64,000 nt of DNA, from assembly GCF_963921235.1 (NCBI RefSeq), contig NC_086108.1, positions 42,348,001 through 42,412,000 of the forward strand, written 5' to 3'. The number at the start of each line of letters is the position of its first letter. Position 1 is the first letter of the stretch. The translations under genes were made by a program, and so were the position numbers. The stretch is from Mobula hypostoma (Eukaryota). Shown here piece after piece: positions 11,872 to 25,499 of the stretch. The notes under the pieces are model-generated. The model was not told where the DNA came from. It saw only the letters and a program-made list of their open reading frames with translations, and did not search any database.

Positions 11872-14054
11872 TGAGGACAGCCATCATGAAAGTAGTAATG
11901 GCATTAAGCAATTGCACTTCATTGTAACTTCCTGAGGACAAGGGGTTTTTTAGTTGCCCAGAGCATTCCTTATGTTTATAAATTAGTACATACAGTTGAA
12001 ACTGGACACCAAACTCTGCTTTTAATGTGCACAACTGGAATGTATAGGTTAGGGGTCTTAGAAGGACATCATTGTTACAAGTAGAGGTAAAATGATTCAT
12101 TGTAATTTTTTTTTAGCTTGATCATGCAAATTGACAATTTGTAACATCACTACCATAACTCGTTTGGTACACTGGAGAATCGTTAATCTGAATGATACAT
12201 ATTTAAACTAGTCAGTAACACTTTTTTGCCCTGTTCACATTTTTTATGTTTTTACAACTGTCATACAATTTGGCTCCTGTTTTAAAGGGTAGGTCTTTTA
12301 TATCATTCAGTCGTTAATATTTGTTGTTCTTCAGTATTAGCCACATCTGCATAAAGGTGCTGATGTTAGCTGATTTGTGCAAAAGAGTGCTATATTGCAT
12401 TGATTTACTTAAATACAAAGCTACTGGCCTGGCACTGATCCAGAATATATGTTTGAAGCAGGTTTTATAACAGTATTACAAGGTAACCCAAAAAATTCTT
12501 AGGTTTTCAGTGTTAGAAGTACAGCATCACTAACATGACAAAGTAGAAATTTGTCCTCTCTTGAAGGCAATAAATTCATGTGTACTCACATTTGGCTCCA
12601 ATGATTTCAGTGGAACTGAATTTCTTCAAGTGGAGTACAACATGCATACACTTCTATATTGTGATGTAGGACAAATTTCCACTCCAGTTCTTTAAAGATA
12701 TGGGAAGAATCCTTAAAACCTGTGCTGGCAATCCCAGTGCTTCTGCTATGGATATGCAAACCAGTTGTCTCATGAGGAATGGTGTTTGCTTGCTGATTCT
12801 GCGTTTTTACTTGATTTTAACAGCCACAGTGTACCCTGTACATCCAGAATGGCTAATAATTGTTGTTGTACTGTCAGTAATGAATAGATGTAGAGGCTAA
12901 AATCTAACATCAGATCAGTTGTAGTGGCATTAGACAGTGTGTCAAAATAAGTTGACTTGGGGGAAAAAGTAATGAAAATGGTAAAGGAAGTAGACTTTTT
13001 AATTGTTTTAATTACATAGTTAGAAAAGTAGTTAGACTATTGATCCTTGTGTCTTTTTTGAGTGGTAAAAAAACTCACAGCTGGAGAAGCACAATTTACA
13101 TTCCCATCTTTTCAGAATTCATTCCATTTGTAAATTGCATGTATTGGTTTTTAGAATATTCCAGCTAATTTTAATTTGTTGGAAAGTAACAGCATGTTAC
13201 GATTAATCAAAGTATTTTTGTGCGCCACTGAAACCGGAGACTATGCACGATGGTGACGAGCCATATGCCATTCCAAGGTAAAAACAGAAAATGCTGGAAA
13301 TACACTAGATCAGACTACATTTGTGAGAAGGAAACATTGAAGATCCACAGCTGTTTGTCAAAAACACTTTGACCTGAAACACTGATTCAGTTTTCTCTTC
13401 CCATAAAAATACCATCAGAACTGTTGAATTTCCTGGTAGTTACTGATTTTTATATCAGATTTAAATTTCCCGCAAATGGAAAATTTATTGATTTTTCACA
13501 TGCCATTCCAAATTGCTCAGCTGTTGTAACTTCTAAAATGGGCTGCTCTAGAATATTGTGGAGTATTAATCTATAATCTTGTTTCTTTTGCACAATACGC
13601 CTCAGCATCATTCCAGAAAAAGCAAAATATTTTTCTTTTGTCTGATGAGTCAATTGCACACGAATACTCTCATGCCCACATCCCCAGCCAAAGAAAATTC
13701 TCACTGCATTTTCTTCAGCCATATGATTTTTTTCTCTATACCCTAATTTCCCTGCTAACAGAACTTGTTAATTTCTATTTAGTATAATTCTTTTAGTGGA
13801 ACAACTTTTTCAACATACTAAGTGTTTCTAAAATTTGACCAGTTGTATAAACACTGTTCTTAATTTTTAAAAATTTAATAATGCAGAGTAATTGCTTATA
13901 AGACGTTTAAAGGTTTTTTATATTTTACTGTCAACAGCTTCAGAATTCTTGCCACATTCCCCATGACTGGGTTATCCTGACCATTTTATTTCATGTCTGT
14001 ATCTCGGTCCAGCTTGATGAATGCCTTTTGATTCCTCATGCTGTGTTTTATTTA

Positions 14055-17014
14055 CAATATTTTTCAAAAGTTTTAGGCACATATATAGGGTGCCTTTTGT
14101 ATTAGTCAGAGTGGAGCAGAGAGCAAGTTTGTAAATCTGGTGGGAGTAAGGGATGTTGGGAATGGTGAAGGTGGAGTGCAGAGGGAGGGGTGTGGGATAG
14201 GTGGAAAATAAGGAGTGCCAAGGGTGAGGTGTGGCATGGGTGCAGACACACCAGACAAGGTCATTTGATTCCAAACAATTGGTTTATTGACAATTACAGA
14301 ACGTCTCTCTGGTGCTTTCTGCTCTCTCCCATCATCCTTCTCCTTTTCCCAAACATAGAAACATAGAAAACATAGAAAATAGGTGCAGGAGTAGGCCATT
14401 CGGCCCTTTGAGCCTGCACCGCCATTTATTATGATCATGGCTGATCATCCAACTCAGAACCCCGCCCCAGCCTTCCCTCCATACCCCCTGACCCCCGTAG
14501 CCACAAGGGCCATATCTAACTCCCTCTTAAATATAGCCAATGAACTGGCCTCAACTGTTTCCTGTGGCAGAGAATTCCACAGATTCACCACTCTCTGTGT
14601 GAAGAAGTTTTTCCTAATCTCGGTCCTAAAAGGCTTCCCCTCTATCCTCAAACGGTGGCCCCTTGTTCTGGACTTCCCCAACATCGGGAACAATCTTCCT
14701 GCATCTAGCCTGTCCAATCCCTTTAGGATCTTATACGTTTCAATCAGATCCCCATTCAATCTTCTAAATTCCAACGAGTACAAGCCCAGTTCATCCAGTC
14801 TTTCTTCATATGAAAGTCCTGCCATCCCAGGAATCAATCTGGTGAACCTTCTTTGTACTCCCTCTATGGCAAGGATGTCTTTCCTCAGATTAGGGGACCA
14901 AAACTGCACACAATACTCCAGGTGTGGTCTCACCAAGGCCTTGTACAACTGCAGTAGTACCTCCCTGCTCCTGTACTCGAATCCTCTCGCTATAAATGTC
15001 AGCATGCCATTCGCCTTTTTCACCGCCTGCTGTACCTGCATGCCCACTTTCAATGACTGGTGTATAATGACACCCAGGTCTCGTCGCACCTCCCCTTTTC
15101 CTAATCGGCCACCATTCAGATAATAATCTGTTTTCCTATTTTTGCCACCAAAGTGGATAACTTCACATTTATCCACATTAAATTGCATCTGCCATGAATT
15201 TGCCCACTCACCCAACCTATCCAAGTCACCCTGCATCCTCTTAGCATCCTCCTCACTGCTAACACTGCCACCCAGCTTCGTGTCATCCGCAAACTTGGAG
15301 ATGCTGCATTCAATTCCCTCATCCAAGTCATTAATATATATTGTAAACAACTGGGGTCCCAGCACTGAGCCTTGCGGTACCCCACTAGTCACTGCCTGCC
15401 ATTCTGAAAAGGTCCCGTTTATTCCCACTCTTTGCTTCCTGTCTGCTAATCAATTCTCCGCCCACACCAATACCTTACCCCCAATACCGTGTGCTTTAAG
15501 TTTGCACACTAATCTCCTGTGTGGGACCTTGTCAAAAGCCTTTTGAAAATCCAAATATACCACATCCGCTGGTTCTCCCCTATCCACTCTATTAGTTACA
15601 TCCTCAAAAAATTCTGTGAGATTCGTCAGACATGATTTTCCTTTCACAAATCCATGCTGACTTTGTCCGATCATTTCACCGCTTTCCAAATGTGCTGTTA
15701 TCACATCCTTGATAACTGACTCCAGCAGTTTCCCTACCACCGACGTTAGGCTAACCGGTCTATAATTCCCCGGTTTCTCTCTCCTTTTTTAAAAAGTGGG
15801 GTTACATTAGCCACCCTCCAATCCTCAGGAACTAGCCCAGAATCTAACGAGTTTTGAAAAATTATCACTAATGCATCCACTATTTCTTGGGCTACTTCCT
15901 TAAGCACTCTAGGATGCAGACCATCTGGCCCTGGGGATTTATCTGCCTTCAATCCCTTCAATTTACCTAACACCACTTCCCTACTAACATGTATTTCACT
16001 CAGTTCCTCCATCTCACTGGACCCTCTGTCCCTTACTATTTCTGGAAGATTATTTATGTCCTCCTTAGTGAAGCCAGAACCAAAGTAATTATTCAATTGG
16101 TCTGCCATGTCCTTGCTCCCCATAATCAATTCACCTGTTTCTGTCTGCAGGGGACCTACATTTGTCTTTACCAGTCTTTTCCTTTTTACATATCTATAAA
16201 AGCTTTTACAGTCCGTTTTTATGTTCCCTGCCAGTGTTCTCTCATAATCTTTTTTCCCCTTCCTAGTTAAGCCCTTTGCCCTCCTCTGCTGAACTCTGAA
16301 TTTCTCCCAGTCCTCAGGTGAGCCACTTTCTCTGGCTAATTTGTATGCTTCTTCTTTGGAATTGATACTATCCCTAATTTCTCTTGTCAGCCACGGGTGC
16401 ACTACCTTCCTTGATTTATTCTTTTGCCAAACTGGGATGAACAATTGTTGTAGTTCATCCATGCAACCTTTAAATGCTTGCCATTGCATATCCACCGTCA
16501 ATCCTTTAAGTGTCATTTGCCAGTCTATCTTAGCTAATTCATGTCTCATACCTTCAAAGTTACCCCTCTTTAAGTTCAGAACCTTTGTTTCTGAATTAAC
16601 TATGTCACTCTCCATCTTAATGAAGAATTCCACCATATTATGGTCACTCTTACCCAAGGGGCCTCTCACGACAAGATCGCTAATTAACCCTTCCTCATTG
16701 CTCAAAACCCAGTCCAGAATAGCCTGCTCTCTAGTTGGTTCCTCGACATGTTGGTTCAAAAAACCATCCCACATACATTCCAAGAAATCCTCTTCCTCAG
16801 CACCTTTACCAAACATGATTCCCCTTTCCCTGTCCCCCTTCCCTGTTTCAGTCAACAATAGAGACCCAATCAGAATCAGGTTTATCATCACTCACAAATG
16901 GCACAAAATCAATTTTTTTTTGCAGCAGTACAATGTAATACATGACATAACAAAAGTCTTAAACACCCTAGATACATATATATAATATGTGCCGAAGACT
17001 TTTGCACAGTACTG
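14055..17014. mobile_element. Tc1-type non-autonomous element split by a CR1 insertion
   Basis: Degenerate TIRs caatatttttcaaaagttttaggcacatat (~14055) and atatgtgccgaagacttttgcacagtactg (ending 17014). The host sequence rejoins across the CR1. Confidence 0.55.
14357..16808 (-). mobile_element. Young 5'-truncated CR1 LINE (partial endonuclease plus reverse transcriptase ORF2)
   Basis: Three ORF pieces (16891-15746, 15740-15450, 15428-14454) contain RT motifs YLDFQKAFDKVPH, SGVPQGSVLGP and KFADD. One frameshift at ~15780 and one in-frame stop at 15450. (tttctatg)n tail, and ccaaacat duplicated at 14349-14356 and 16809-16816. Confidence 0.95.
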
Positions 17015-18095
17015 TCCATCCGAGGTCTTGGTTTGTTTCATTTATGACAACAACACTCATCATCCCTTTTGACAAACATGCTGCTATTCTATTTCCCCCT
17101 TCCTTCAATCTCCTTGCCATGTATTATGAGTCTCACCTATGCGATAAACTAATTATATCTCTCCCTATGTGTTATCAACTGGTAGCCATCTTTGCCCCTG
17201 TCCATAATGTAGACATTCTTTGCCTCGTCCCCCTTGCATTTCTGTGTTCAATCCAAGGTTTCACTTTGTTTTCAGTCTAATGTATTTGGAATCTAAAAAT
17301 TGGAAATGATGTGTCTTGCTTCAGTTGATTTCAAAATATCACTAACAGATCTTATATGAAATTTCATGCACCCTGCATGAAGAGGCTATGATTTGATCAC
17401 ACTTCCATGGAAACTCACTACATTCTCCTATAATATTTTTTTCCTGGTATGACAAGTTATTTCTGTGCCACAAACCCTTTCTTGAGTCTATCTGCTCACT
17501 TATATATACCAGTATTGCTGCCCATGACGATGGAAAGATTTTACCGACATCTATTTCTTGAATAGCTTCATATCTTTTTAGCAGTCTATGGAGCCATGGA
17601 GTGCTGTTCTGACAGGTTTACATTTTCATGGCTTGCTTGATCTTAGCTTTTGCCTTCAAGCATTTGCTTTCTTTCTCCTGCTCCTTTTGACTTCCTTTCT
17701 GTCAGACATGTTAGGTTTTTCCATAAATAACTTGAGCAAATCTTTCTTGTTGCACAGTAGTTTATGAAAGTTTGCTATGTATATAGTTACAGCAGACAAT
17801 AATTTTAAACCTAGCAACAGAAGTAATTGCTGAAATGGCACTGGTATAATGAAATTCTAAACTTTGTTCTATGGTGTAGTTCATGACCATTTGGCTAGTT
17901 AGATTAGTAAAATGGTTTCTGTTACATTTTTAAAGTTTTCAGTGCCAGCAAATCCTGGCAATTTCAGTTACGTTGAATTCTGTCTCTATCCATCAATTTT
18001 CCAGATTTGTTTCTTTTCTAATTATGTATTTGTACATCTTACTAAAAGGTCTTTGGAGATGTTATATTAAAATGTACAGTGTTAAACTATTTAAA

Positions 18096-18101
18096 AATAA
18101 A
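18096..18101 (+). terminator. Candidate CAMSAP2 polyadenylation signal (middle)
   Basis: AATAAA preceded by several TGTA motifs (18025-18078) and followed by a T-rich tract. A more proximal AATAAA lies at 12569-12574. Confidence 0.45.
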
Positions 18102-21100
18102 CTTTAGGAGTCTTTCTTCTTTTCCATTTGCCATTATTTTCCTTGCTGCTGTTTTTGTTTAATTTTAAATTGCCTATATTCTACGTGTTACCCTTTTATT
18201 TCCTAAGTATCCAAATGCCCATTATCCTGCAGTAGTCCATTTTCACAACCAAATCAGTAAATCAATCATCTAAAAAAAATGTTGTTAACCAGGAAAATGA
18301 ATATTAAAAGTTTGAATTAGTTGCTCTAGTATCTTAAAAAAATAATAAACTTTGAGTTTTTGAATTAAAGTAAGATTGGCCCACTCAGTGAGGGAACAAG
18401 TTGGGAGACTAGATGTCAGGTTTTAAGGAAAGGGAATAAATAGTTACTAAAAGTGATCGTTTTTAATTGGGAGCCGTATCAGCACAATTAGGAGGTTCTT
18501 AGAGAGAGAATATGTGAGACTTTTAATTTGTGTTGAACATGATTAGAGCAGCAGTTTGTAATGCTGAGATTACATTTGTGCTTGACTGTGCATTTCCAAT
18601 TTACTGCCGCTTTCCATTTCCGGCATGTTTGTAGTGATGGTTTCTTTTGCTGCAGTTTTCATCTGCAGGTTCTCGTTAAAAGCTGGTAATTTATCTGCTA
18701 CCAATCTTTGCCTGAAAATGGGAGTCATTATCAGTTGTGATTAGGACAGGTTTAAATTGACATGCATGCAAACAATTTTTAGTGTTGCTATCCTGTACAA
18801 CCTATTTAAAATGCAGTTACATTTTTCAACTGGAGAGGTTTCTTCAGAAATTCACTTTTATCTTTTAATGGTAAGTTTTACGATGTATTGTTTTCCAAGA
18901 ATTTGTTTCCCAAGGACGACAAGAAAAAGAATGGGGGCAACAAGGGAAAAATCAAATTTTGTACATTTGGCTTCTTAGCTGAATTTGAAATAATGTGTGG
19001 CATTGATTCTCTTTTTAATATAAATTTATTTTTTAAAAGTCATACTATCAGTGGATATAATTAAAGGTGACTGTTTTGGAACTGATCACAAAACATCTGG
19101 GAAATCTGCTTTTTCTTTGCTATGGATGATGTTATATCATTCAGTATCCAAACCTTCCACTTCCCACATTTACTAAGCTAGAATTTGTTTTTTGTTTGTC
19201 CATGCATAGTTATTAAAAATGAAATGCATTAGGTTGGATGGAGTCTGTGAAAATTCCCAATGCCAAATCTGATTTTCTATTTTCTGGGAAGATTTGGATG
19301 GAGGCAGGAAGGTGAAGGGACAACTTAATTAACCATCATACACAATGGTATATTTTCCCAAAATATGGGTTACAATGTCACCTGGGTTTGCATTTGGCTC
19401 TCAATATTGCCTTGCATGTTAGAATTCTTGCCCACCCAATACTGAACTGGTCTTCCTTATGTGCTGGATTAGCTTCCTAACTCTTTCTGCCAGATCACAT
19501 CTCCACTCCTACTTCCTTGACGGTGAAAGCCTACTCCCCATGTTTTTCAAAACTTGCAATCTGGACAGCAAGTTTTCCTAGACTGAATTGAAAAGATGCT
19601 GGGTGTGTAACAAAAAAAAACTTTTCTTTAAAAATGAAGTCCTTCTCCACCCCCCCCCCGCCCCATAAAAGGGAACAATTTCACAGGACTGCTGAGACAG
19701 ATTTACAATGACTGACAATTTATTTGATTACAATTGTAGTTTTTCTACTACTTTTACTTCAATATTTTTCTACAAATATTAAGGTTTTGCCATGCACATT
19801 CTGCTTGCAATCATTGTCACAGACCCTCATCTCAAGTTTGGAGAAGTTAGATGTGATTGAAGAAAATCATGTTGCATAGTCATCCTTTATTTCCTAAATT
19901 CACTTAAATTATGTGTCAGCAAACCTTTAGGTGTATTTTCAAATCCAGCACAGTTACACGAGAAACTGCAGATTGAGTGATTTGATAATTGGTTTTCTTC
20001 TGAAACGACAGGAATTGTCTGGCATTGCACTGATTTCTCTCAATTTCTAACATACTAAGAGTATTTGGAACAGAATAAATTGGAAAATGAAGATTTAAAA
20101 ATTTGCATTAACTTATGTGGCATTACTTAACAGCAGTGGGCAAGGATGTGCTGCATTGAACTAAGCAGAATGGTAAAGAAATTACCATTGAATATCAATA
20201 TTGCAGTGTGAAAGAAAATTTAAATAGGATTAATATATACTACATGTTCATTCTAATTTCATGTTTCAAATATATTGTTTTGTGGATAAGGAAATGCATG
20301 CTGGTAGAAATAAAAAATCTTTTTTTCTTTCTTTCTAATTATGTTCTGTACTATGTGATATGACATGAAGAGTTTCCATATAATTTTAGAAATGCTTCCC
20401 TGCTGTCCAGCAGTAGGGAAAATATTCAGGTGAAGATACAAACTCTTTGATTCGTGCACTGAAATTATTGTCAGCCAAAATTCTGGTATCACGTATGTGA
20501 AGCGTTTTAAAATCTCAAACTGCATGTGCTCAGCATAGCTGATAATTGTGCTGCCGCAATCATTGTAGCAGGGAGGAAGGGGGAGACTCTCCAGTTCCTG
20601 TGTGTGATCTGAGATAGTGATTGTCTTGATTTTTCTCCCATCCTCTGCAATTTGCTTGACCATTGTCCAACTGTAGTCAACGTCTGCCAGTTGAAATGCT
20701 ATACATGCTAGAGAAAGAATGCTCAGTGCTTCAGCATTTTATCACTTTGTAGTTTCTCTTCTATTTGCTCAGAGGCTTTAAGTCCTTTAGATATAAAATT
20801 AATATGCAAAACATCTTAATATTTAAATATAATTTATGCATTCATTTTGTACTTATGTTAACTATATGCAAAACCCTAGTTATTGGACCTATATCAATAA
20901 CTGAGTCTCATTTAATTTTGGAAATTGCAGTAAATAACACTTCATAATACAGTCTGCATGTTACCAAAGTTGAGGTTGTATGTAAGGCATAAACTGTGTA
21001 TTGATTTGTATAGCTGAGCTTGTACATAAAACCAACATTAGGAGTTTGCTTTGATCAGCACATTTTGCAAATTAATCATGTAGTTCTAAGCCCACGAAAA

Positions 21101-22194
21101 AGCTCCTGGATGGCAACTGTTTCAAAAAAATAATTAGTACCATTAATCAAATTTGATCAACACTTTTAGGAACTGAATTAAAGCAAAAATTGTCCAAACT
21201 TTGGAATTTTAACAAACCTGGTTACAAAATCCAATAATTTATGTTCCTTCTATCTTTGCACTTTCCTCTTTTTGTTGAGTGACTTATTTTTTATGTTAGG
21301 AGTAGTTACAAGTAATCTCCTCTTGGACCTTTAGTCCAAAATCATTCAGTTACTGGGTGCCAGAGGTATTCAGGACCATTTCAGGATGTTTTCTCTTTTG
21401 ATATCTGTACATCATTATGCTGTTTATGGATCCCCAAATCTGGATGTTAATGCAAATACTGTATACCACCCAAATATATTGTTTCCTATTATCAAATGTT
21501 AATTATATTTAAAAGATGGCTTTCAAAATAACTTTCTTCTTAAAGTGTAGATGTCAAACCAAAAGCTGTTAATAAGGGGTTTAGGAGCAATAAATTGACA
21601 AAGGGCAGGACTTTGCATTACTACTGCAATTCACAAGATAATTATTGTACTTGGAGAAAGCTTGAGCAGTGTGTTCACAAACAAGAATAGTCACTTTTAA
21701 TTTAATGTCTTTGTTTAATAATTTTATTTTTTGAATTATGGTCTAGGAAAGAAATGGAAAGAGGTATATGTCCATGCCTTAGACTTGTAGCTTTTTTATT
21801 CAATTACAGTTGTTATTGGAACAGCTCATTTGGGGATAGTGTGGTTTTCCATCCAGTCAGAAACACTGGTGCTTTCATCATGGCTATATTTATAGAACAT
21901 GAAATCCAAAGTAATTTTGGCAGTCATTAAGTTACTGAAACCTTCTGGTTTCTCTCTTTGTAGTTTTATCTCAGTTGACTGTTACAGAAACTTTTGGCTT
22001 TTTAAAGCCAGAATGAACTATTAAACTTTTCTTAGCCTTCATTGCTAAATGTACAGTGTGTTCTATGTTCAAACTTGGTAATCTGTCCACTTTAATGGAG
22101 CTCTGCTTCAATTTATCAGATGCTGTGCTGTCTAATTCTGTCATGCCATCATTTAGTTTGCTAGACAATAGTACTGTGGAATATTTTTTCTTTG

Positions 22195-22209
22195 AATAAA
22201 GCAAATAAA
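22195..22209 (+). terminator. Candidate distal CAMSAP2 polyadenylation signal (double AATAAA)
   Basis: AATAAAgcaAATAAA with upstream TGTACAG and downstream GT/T-rich sequence. Recognisable repeats resume shortly downstream. Confidence 0.45.
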
Positions 22210-22529
22210 GCATGAGATCTTGGAGATTATTTGGTCTTATTTGGAGAGCATAAATTATGACTGGAATATTCCTAAGAATCTAATTTTAGCTGTGTGTTTC
22301 CTTCTGTTATGGATTTAGATGTACTCAAATTTAGATTTACTACTAAGTTTCAATTTAGCACTGCAACATAAATAATAATGTTCATATTCTGCCATACAGA
22401 ATTGTGCTAATTTGGAGTTTTGCAGGGTCTTTCAAAGAAACAAATAATTAATTACATCGATATTTTCTTGTACACTTCATTTTTCCCCGTAAGGTATTTG
22501 TGCTATTATAAACACAATTGTCAAAAATA

Positions 22530-22905
22530 TATATACAAACGTATATCATCAGTACAAGTTGAGGAAAATATAGCCTGAGGAAGAACTAGAGTGTTTCATG
22601 TCACTCCAAGGACCTGATGGCAGTAGGGGAAATACTTTGTGGTTGAACTGTGAGATGTGGGTCTTCAGACTCCTGTACCTCCCCAATAAGAAAGCATGAC
22701 ATAGTTGTTGGGGTCCTTAATGCTGCATGTCACTTTCCTCAGACATCGCTTCTTATAAATGTCCTCAACAGTGGGCAGAGTTGTGCTGTAATTGAAGTGG
22801 CTAAGTCCACCACTAGCTGGAAGATTTTGCATTCCTATACATTATGAGCTCCCCTACCAGACCATGATGCAACCAATCAGAATACTTTCCATTGTACATC
22901 TGTGC
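22530..22905 (-). mobile_element. Old Rex/Babar-type LINE 3' fragment
   Basis: ccctaccagaccatgatgcaaccaatcagaatactttccattgtacatctg matches the other copies in the window. Confidence 0.6.
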
Positions 22906-23649
22906 TATGCCACATTTCTTCATACTTTTGTGACATCAGTCATGCACTCCAGCCAAAAGCATCTTAGGCACTGCTCTAACAGAAAAATTGTACATCTAAA
23001 TTTTGTGAATTTCTATTAATCCAAAACAGGATGTTAGGTGCAATAGAAAACATGTTTTATTTTGTTTTCTTAGTAAGTTATTTCTTTTATTAAAACTCAT
23101 ACCTTTGGATATTTTAAAGCATTTTTATAACAGCGATATTATTAGGTAAAACTGAAAACCCTCCTTGATTGCATGCTCTTAGTAATATGCATAAATGATG
23201 GATACTTTGAAGTTTTAGTTTTCATACATAAAGGTGGAATATGCAATGTGAAGTAGGACTTCACTCAGGCTGTAATTATTTAAGTGAATTTCCAATTGTT
23301 TACACTCATGATTACTGTTCGGCATTTTAATGTACAACAGCATTCTATTTTTAGGAAAATTAGCCATTTATAGTCATTTTCAAAATAGGAAGTGGAATGA
23401 GCACTACTTTGGATAACCTAAGTTTGCCCTCATGGAAAATTCCAGTGTCAATTCACTATACTGTTGTCCATTTGGTGCAAAATATAGCTCTCATTTAATT
23501 CAGATTGTTATTTGCTATTTTATTTTTGCAAGAGCAAATTTCCACTTAATTAAAGCTGAAGAAATTCCAGGAAGTCAAATTTATGTTTTTTCAGGATGTT
23601 GAACAGAAATTAGTGTGACATAATCCAAGCTGGCAAGTCATTGCATCTC

Positions 23650-23965
23650 CTCGGGAGAGACACGTTATCTTTTGGTTAACGTAAATCTGTCCACTCTCAG
23701 AAGGTGATAAAAAGATCTCATGTCACTATTTTGAAGAGCAAAGGGAAAAACCAGAGTCCTGGCCAACATTTATCTCTCAATCATTACCACATAGATTATT
23801 TTGCCATTATTACATTGCCGTCTGTGAGAGCTTCCTGTGTGCAGATTTAATGTCAGATTTCCTGTAACTACTTGTAATTCCACTTCAAAAAAAACTTAAA
23901 TGGTAATAAATATCCTGAGTATGCCATATGTCTTTGAAAGGCACCACTTAAATCTGTCTTCTTTA
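23650..23965 (+). mobile_element. Deu-domain SINE (SacSINE1/AmnSINE1-like)
   Basis: cactattttgaagagc...gtcctggccaacatttatctctcaa...gattatt..cattattacattgc..tgtgagagctt..tgtgtgcagattt resembles the Deu core as recalled. A further remnant lies at ~27990-28190. Confidence 0.65.
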
Positions 23966-24375
23966 AAAGGCATGTTCTTGACTGGAATTACTGTGATTTC
24001 TCCTGGACAGGTCCTAAATTTCCACTGTCCAAACTTGAATTAATTCAAAATTATTGTCTGTATCCTAACTTTTGCTCAGTTATTTGATCTATTTCCCCAC
24101 TATTCACACTGGCTCTTGGTCCAGTAATGTCCCAAATGTAAATTTGTGTTGGAAGTCCATCCAAGTCCATGTTTGTAACCTCCCCCAGACCTGCAGTATA
24201 ACACTTCACAATGTCTGCCAAGTTCTATTTCTGGCCTTTTTATTAAGCCCTTATTTCCTTCATCTAACATTAACAACCATGCATTCTGCTACCCAAGACC
24301 CAATTCCTACATCCTTACTCTTCTCAAAACCCTTGAAACCCAACATATGACTATATTATGCGAGTCTATTTCAAA

Positions 24376-24570
24376 TTCAGAATCAGAATCAGGTTTATTA
24401 TCACCGGCATGTGACATGAAATTTGTTAATTTAGTAGCAGTAGTTCAATGCAATACATAGCAGAGAAAAAAATAAAATAATAATAATAAATAAATAAATT
24501 ATGTATATTGAATAGATATTTAAAAGTGCAAAAACATATACTAAAAAATTGTATGTGGATCTAATTGTTC
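24376..24570 (-). mobile_element. Rex/Babar-type LINE 3' tail only
   Basis: ttcagaatcagaatcaggtttattatcaccggcatgtgacatgaaatttgtt, the same tail as at 562 and 42415. Confidence 0.7.
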
Positions 24571-25499
24571 AGCATCACTTTAATCAAATTCAATGTTTTT
24601 CCTATTACAAATTTCAAGTGTAATTACAAGAGAGTGATGGTGATGTATATTGGACAGGGACAGAAATATCCTTGGTTTTCTCCTTGTGTTTGGCTTTGTA
24701 CAAAGGTACACATTAAAAGTTCTGCCCTGAATTTCAAATTAGAAATTGTACTTTTGGTATATAAATAATTTTCCAGAAAAACTTGCATTTACTAATTGAT
24801 ACATTAGTAAGATTTTAAGGGATATTTTATTGTTTAACATCTGAACTTGTGCCAGAAGTCTCATGTGTGGAGTTCAGTTTTTCTTTACAATTAGACATAA
24901 TCGTGATTAAGCTAATGTTTATATAACAGATGAACAGATTTTTTTTAAATGAAGAAGTAAAACAGAAAATTCTGGCTTTAAGAGAAAAAAACAAGGTTCT
25001 GGTGTGTTAAATTTTCATATGAGTAAACTTCACAATGAAATGTATTTTGAGCTTCAGAGAAGGGCACATACGATTGGACTAAAAGCTATGTAATTAGAAA
25101 TAATGAAAGAAGATTGAATGTGATTTTTTAAAAATTGGAGCTGTGAGATACAAGCTGAAGAAACAAAAGTGGAGACCATAGCAATCTGAAAGAGAAACAG
25201 TGTCGGAAATGCTCAGACATCCTCTGTGGAGATGGAAATAAAGTTAATGTTTCATGTTAGTGGTCCTTCATGGACAAACCGATACTGTTAAAATTAATGT
25301 GAAGTCGTGAGGGCTATTATGCGCCCTAAAAAGCAGATTAACAGCAGTAAACAGGACAACACACATTTGTGCGACGGACAGCATGAGTCAAGTGCTATAC
25401 AAGTTACTGGACACGGGATTTTATCTGTGCATTCATCTCCCGAATTCATTCACCACCTCCCATTTGTGTAGCTTGCCGACTGATCATCTGCCTTAAACA

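Noticed and set aside
14431..16985. Long + strand ORFs (230, 134 and 214 aa)
   Set aside because: They are antisense shadows of the CR1 ORF2.
20259..20663. 134-aa minus-strand ORF in the repeat-poor region
   Set aside because: No recognisable motifs or exon structure. Probably a chance ORF antisense to the putative 3'UTR.
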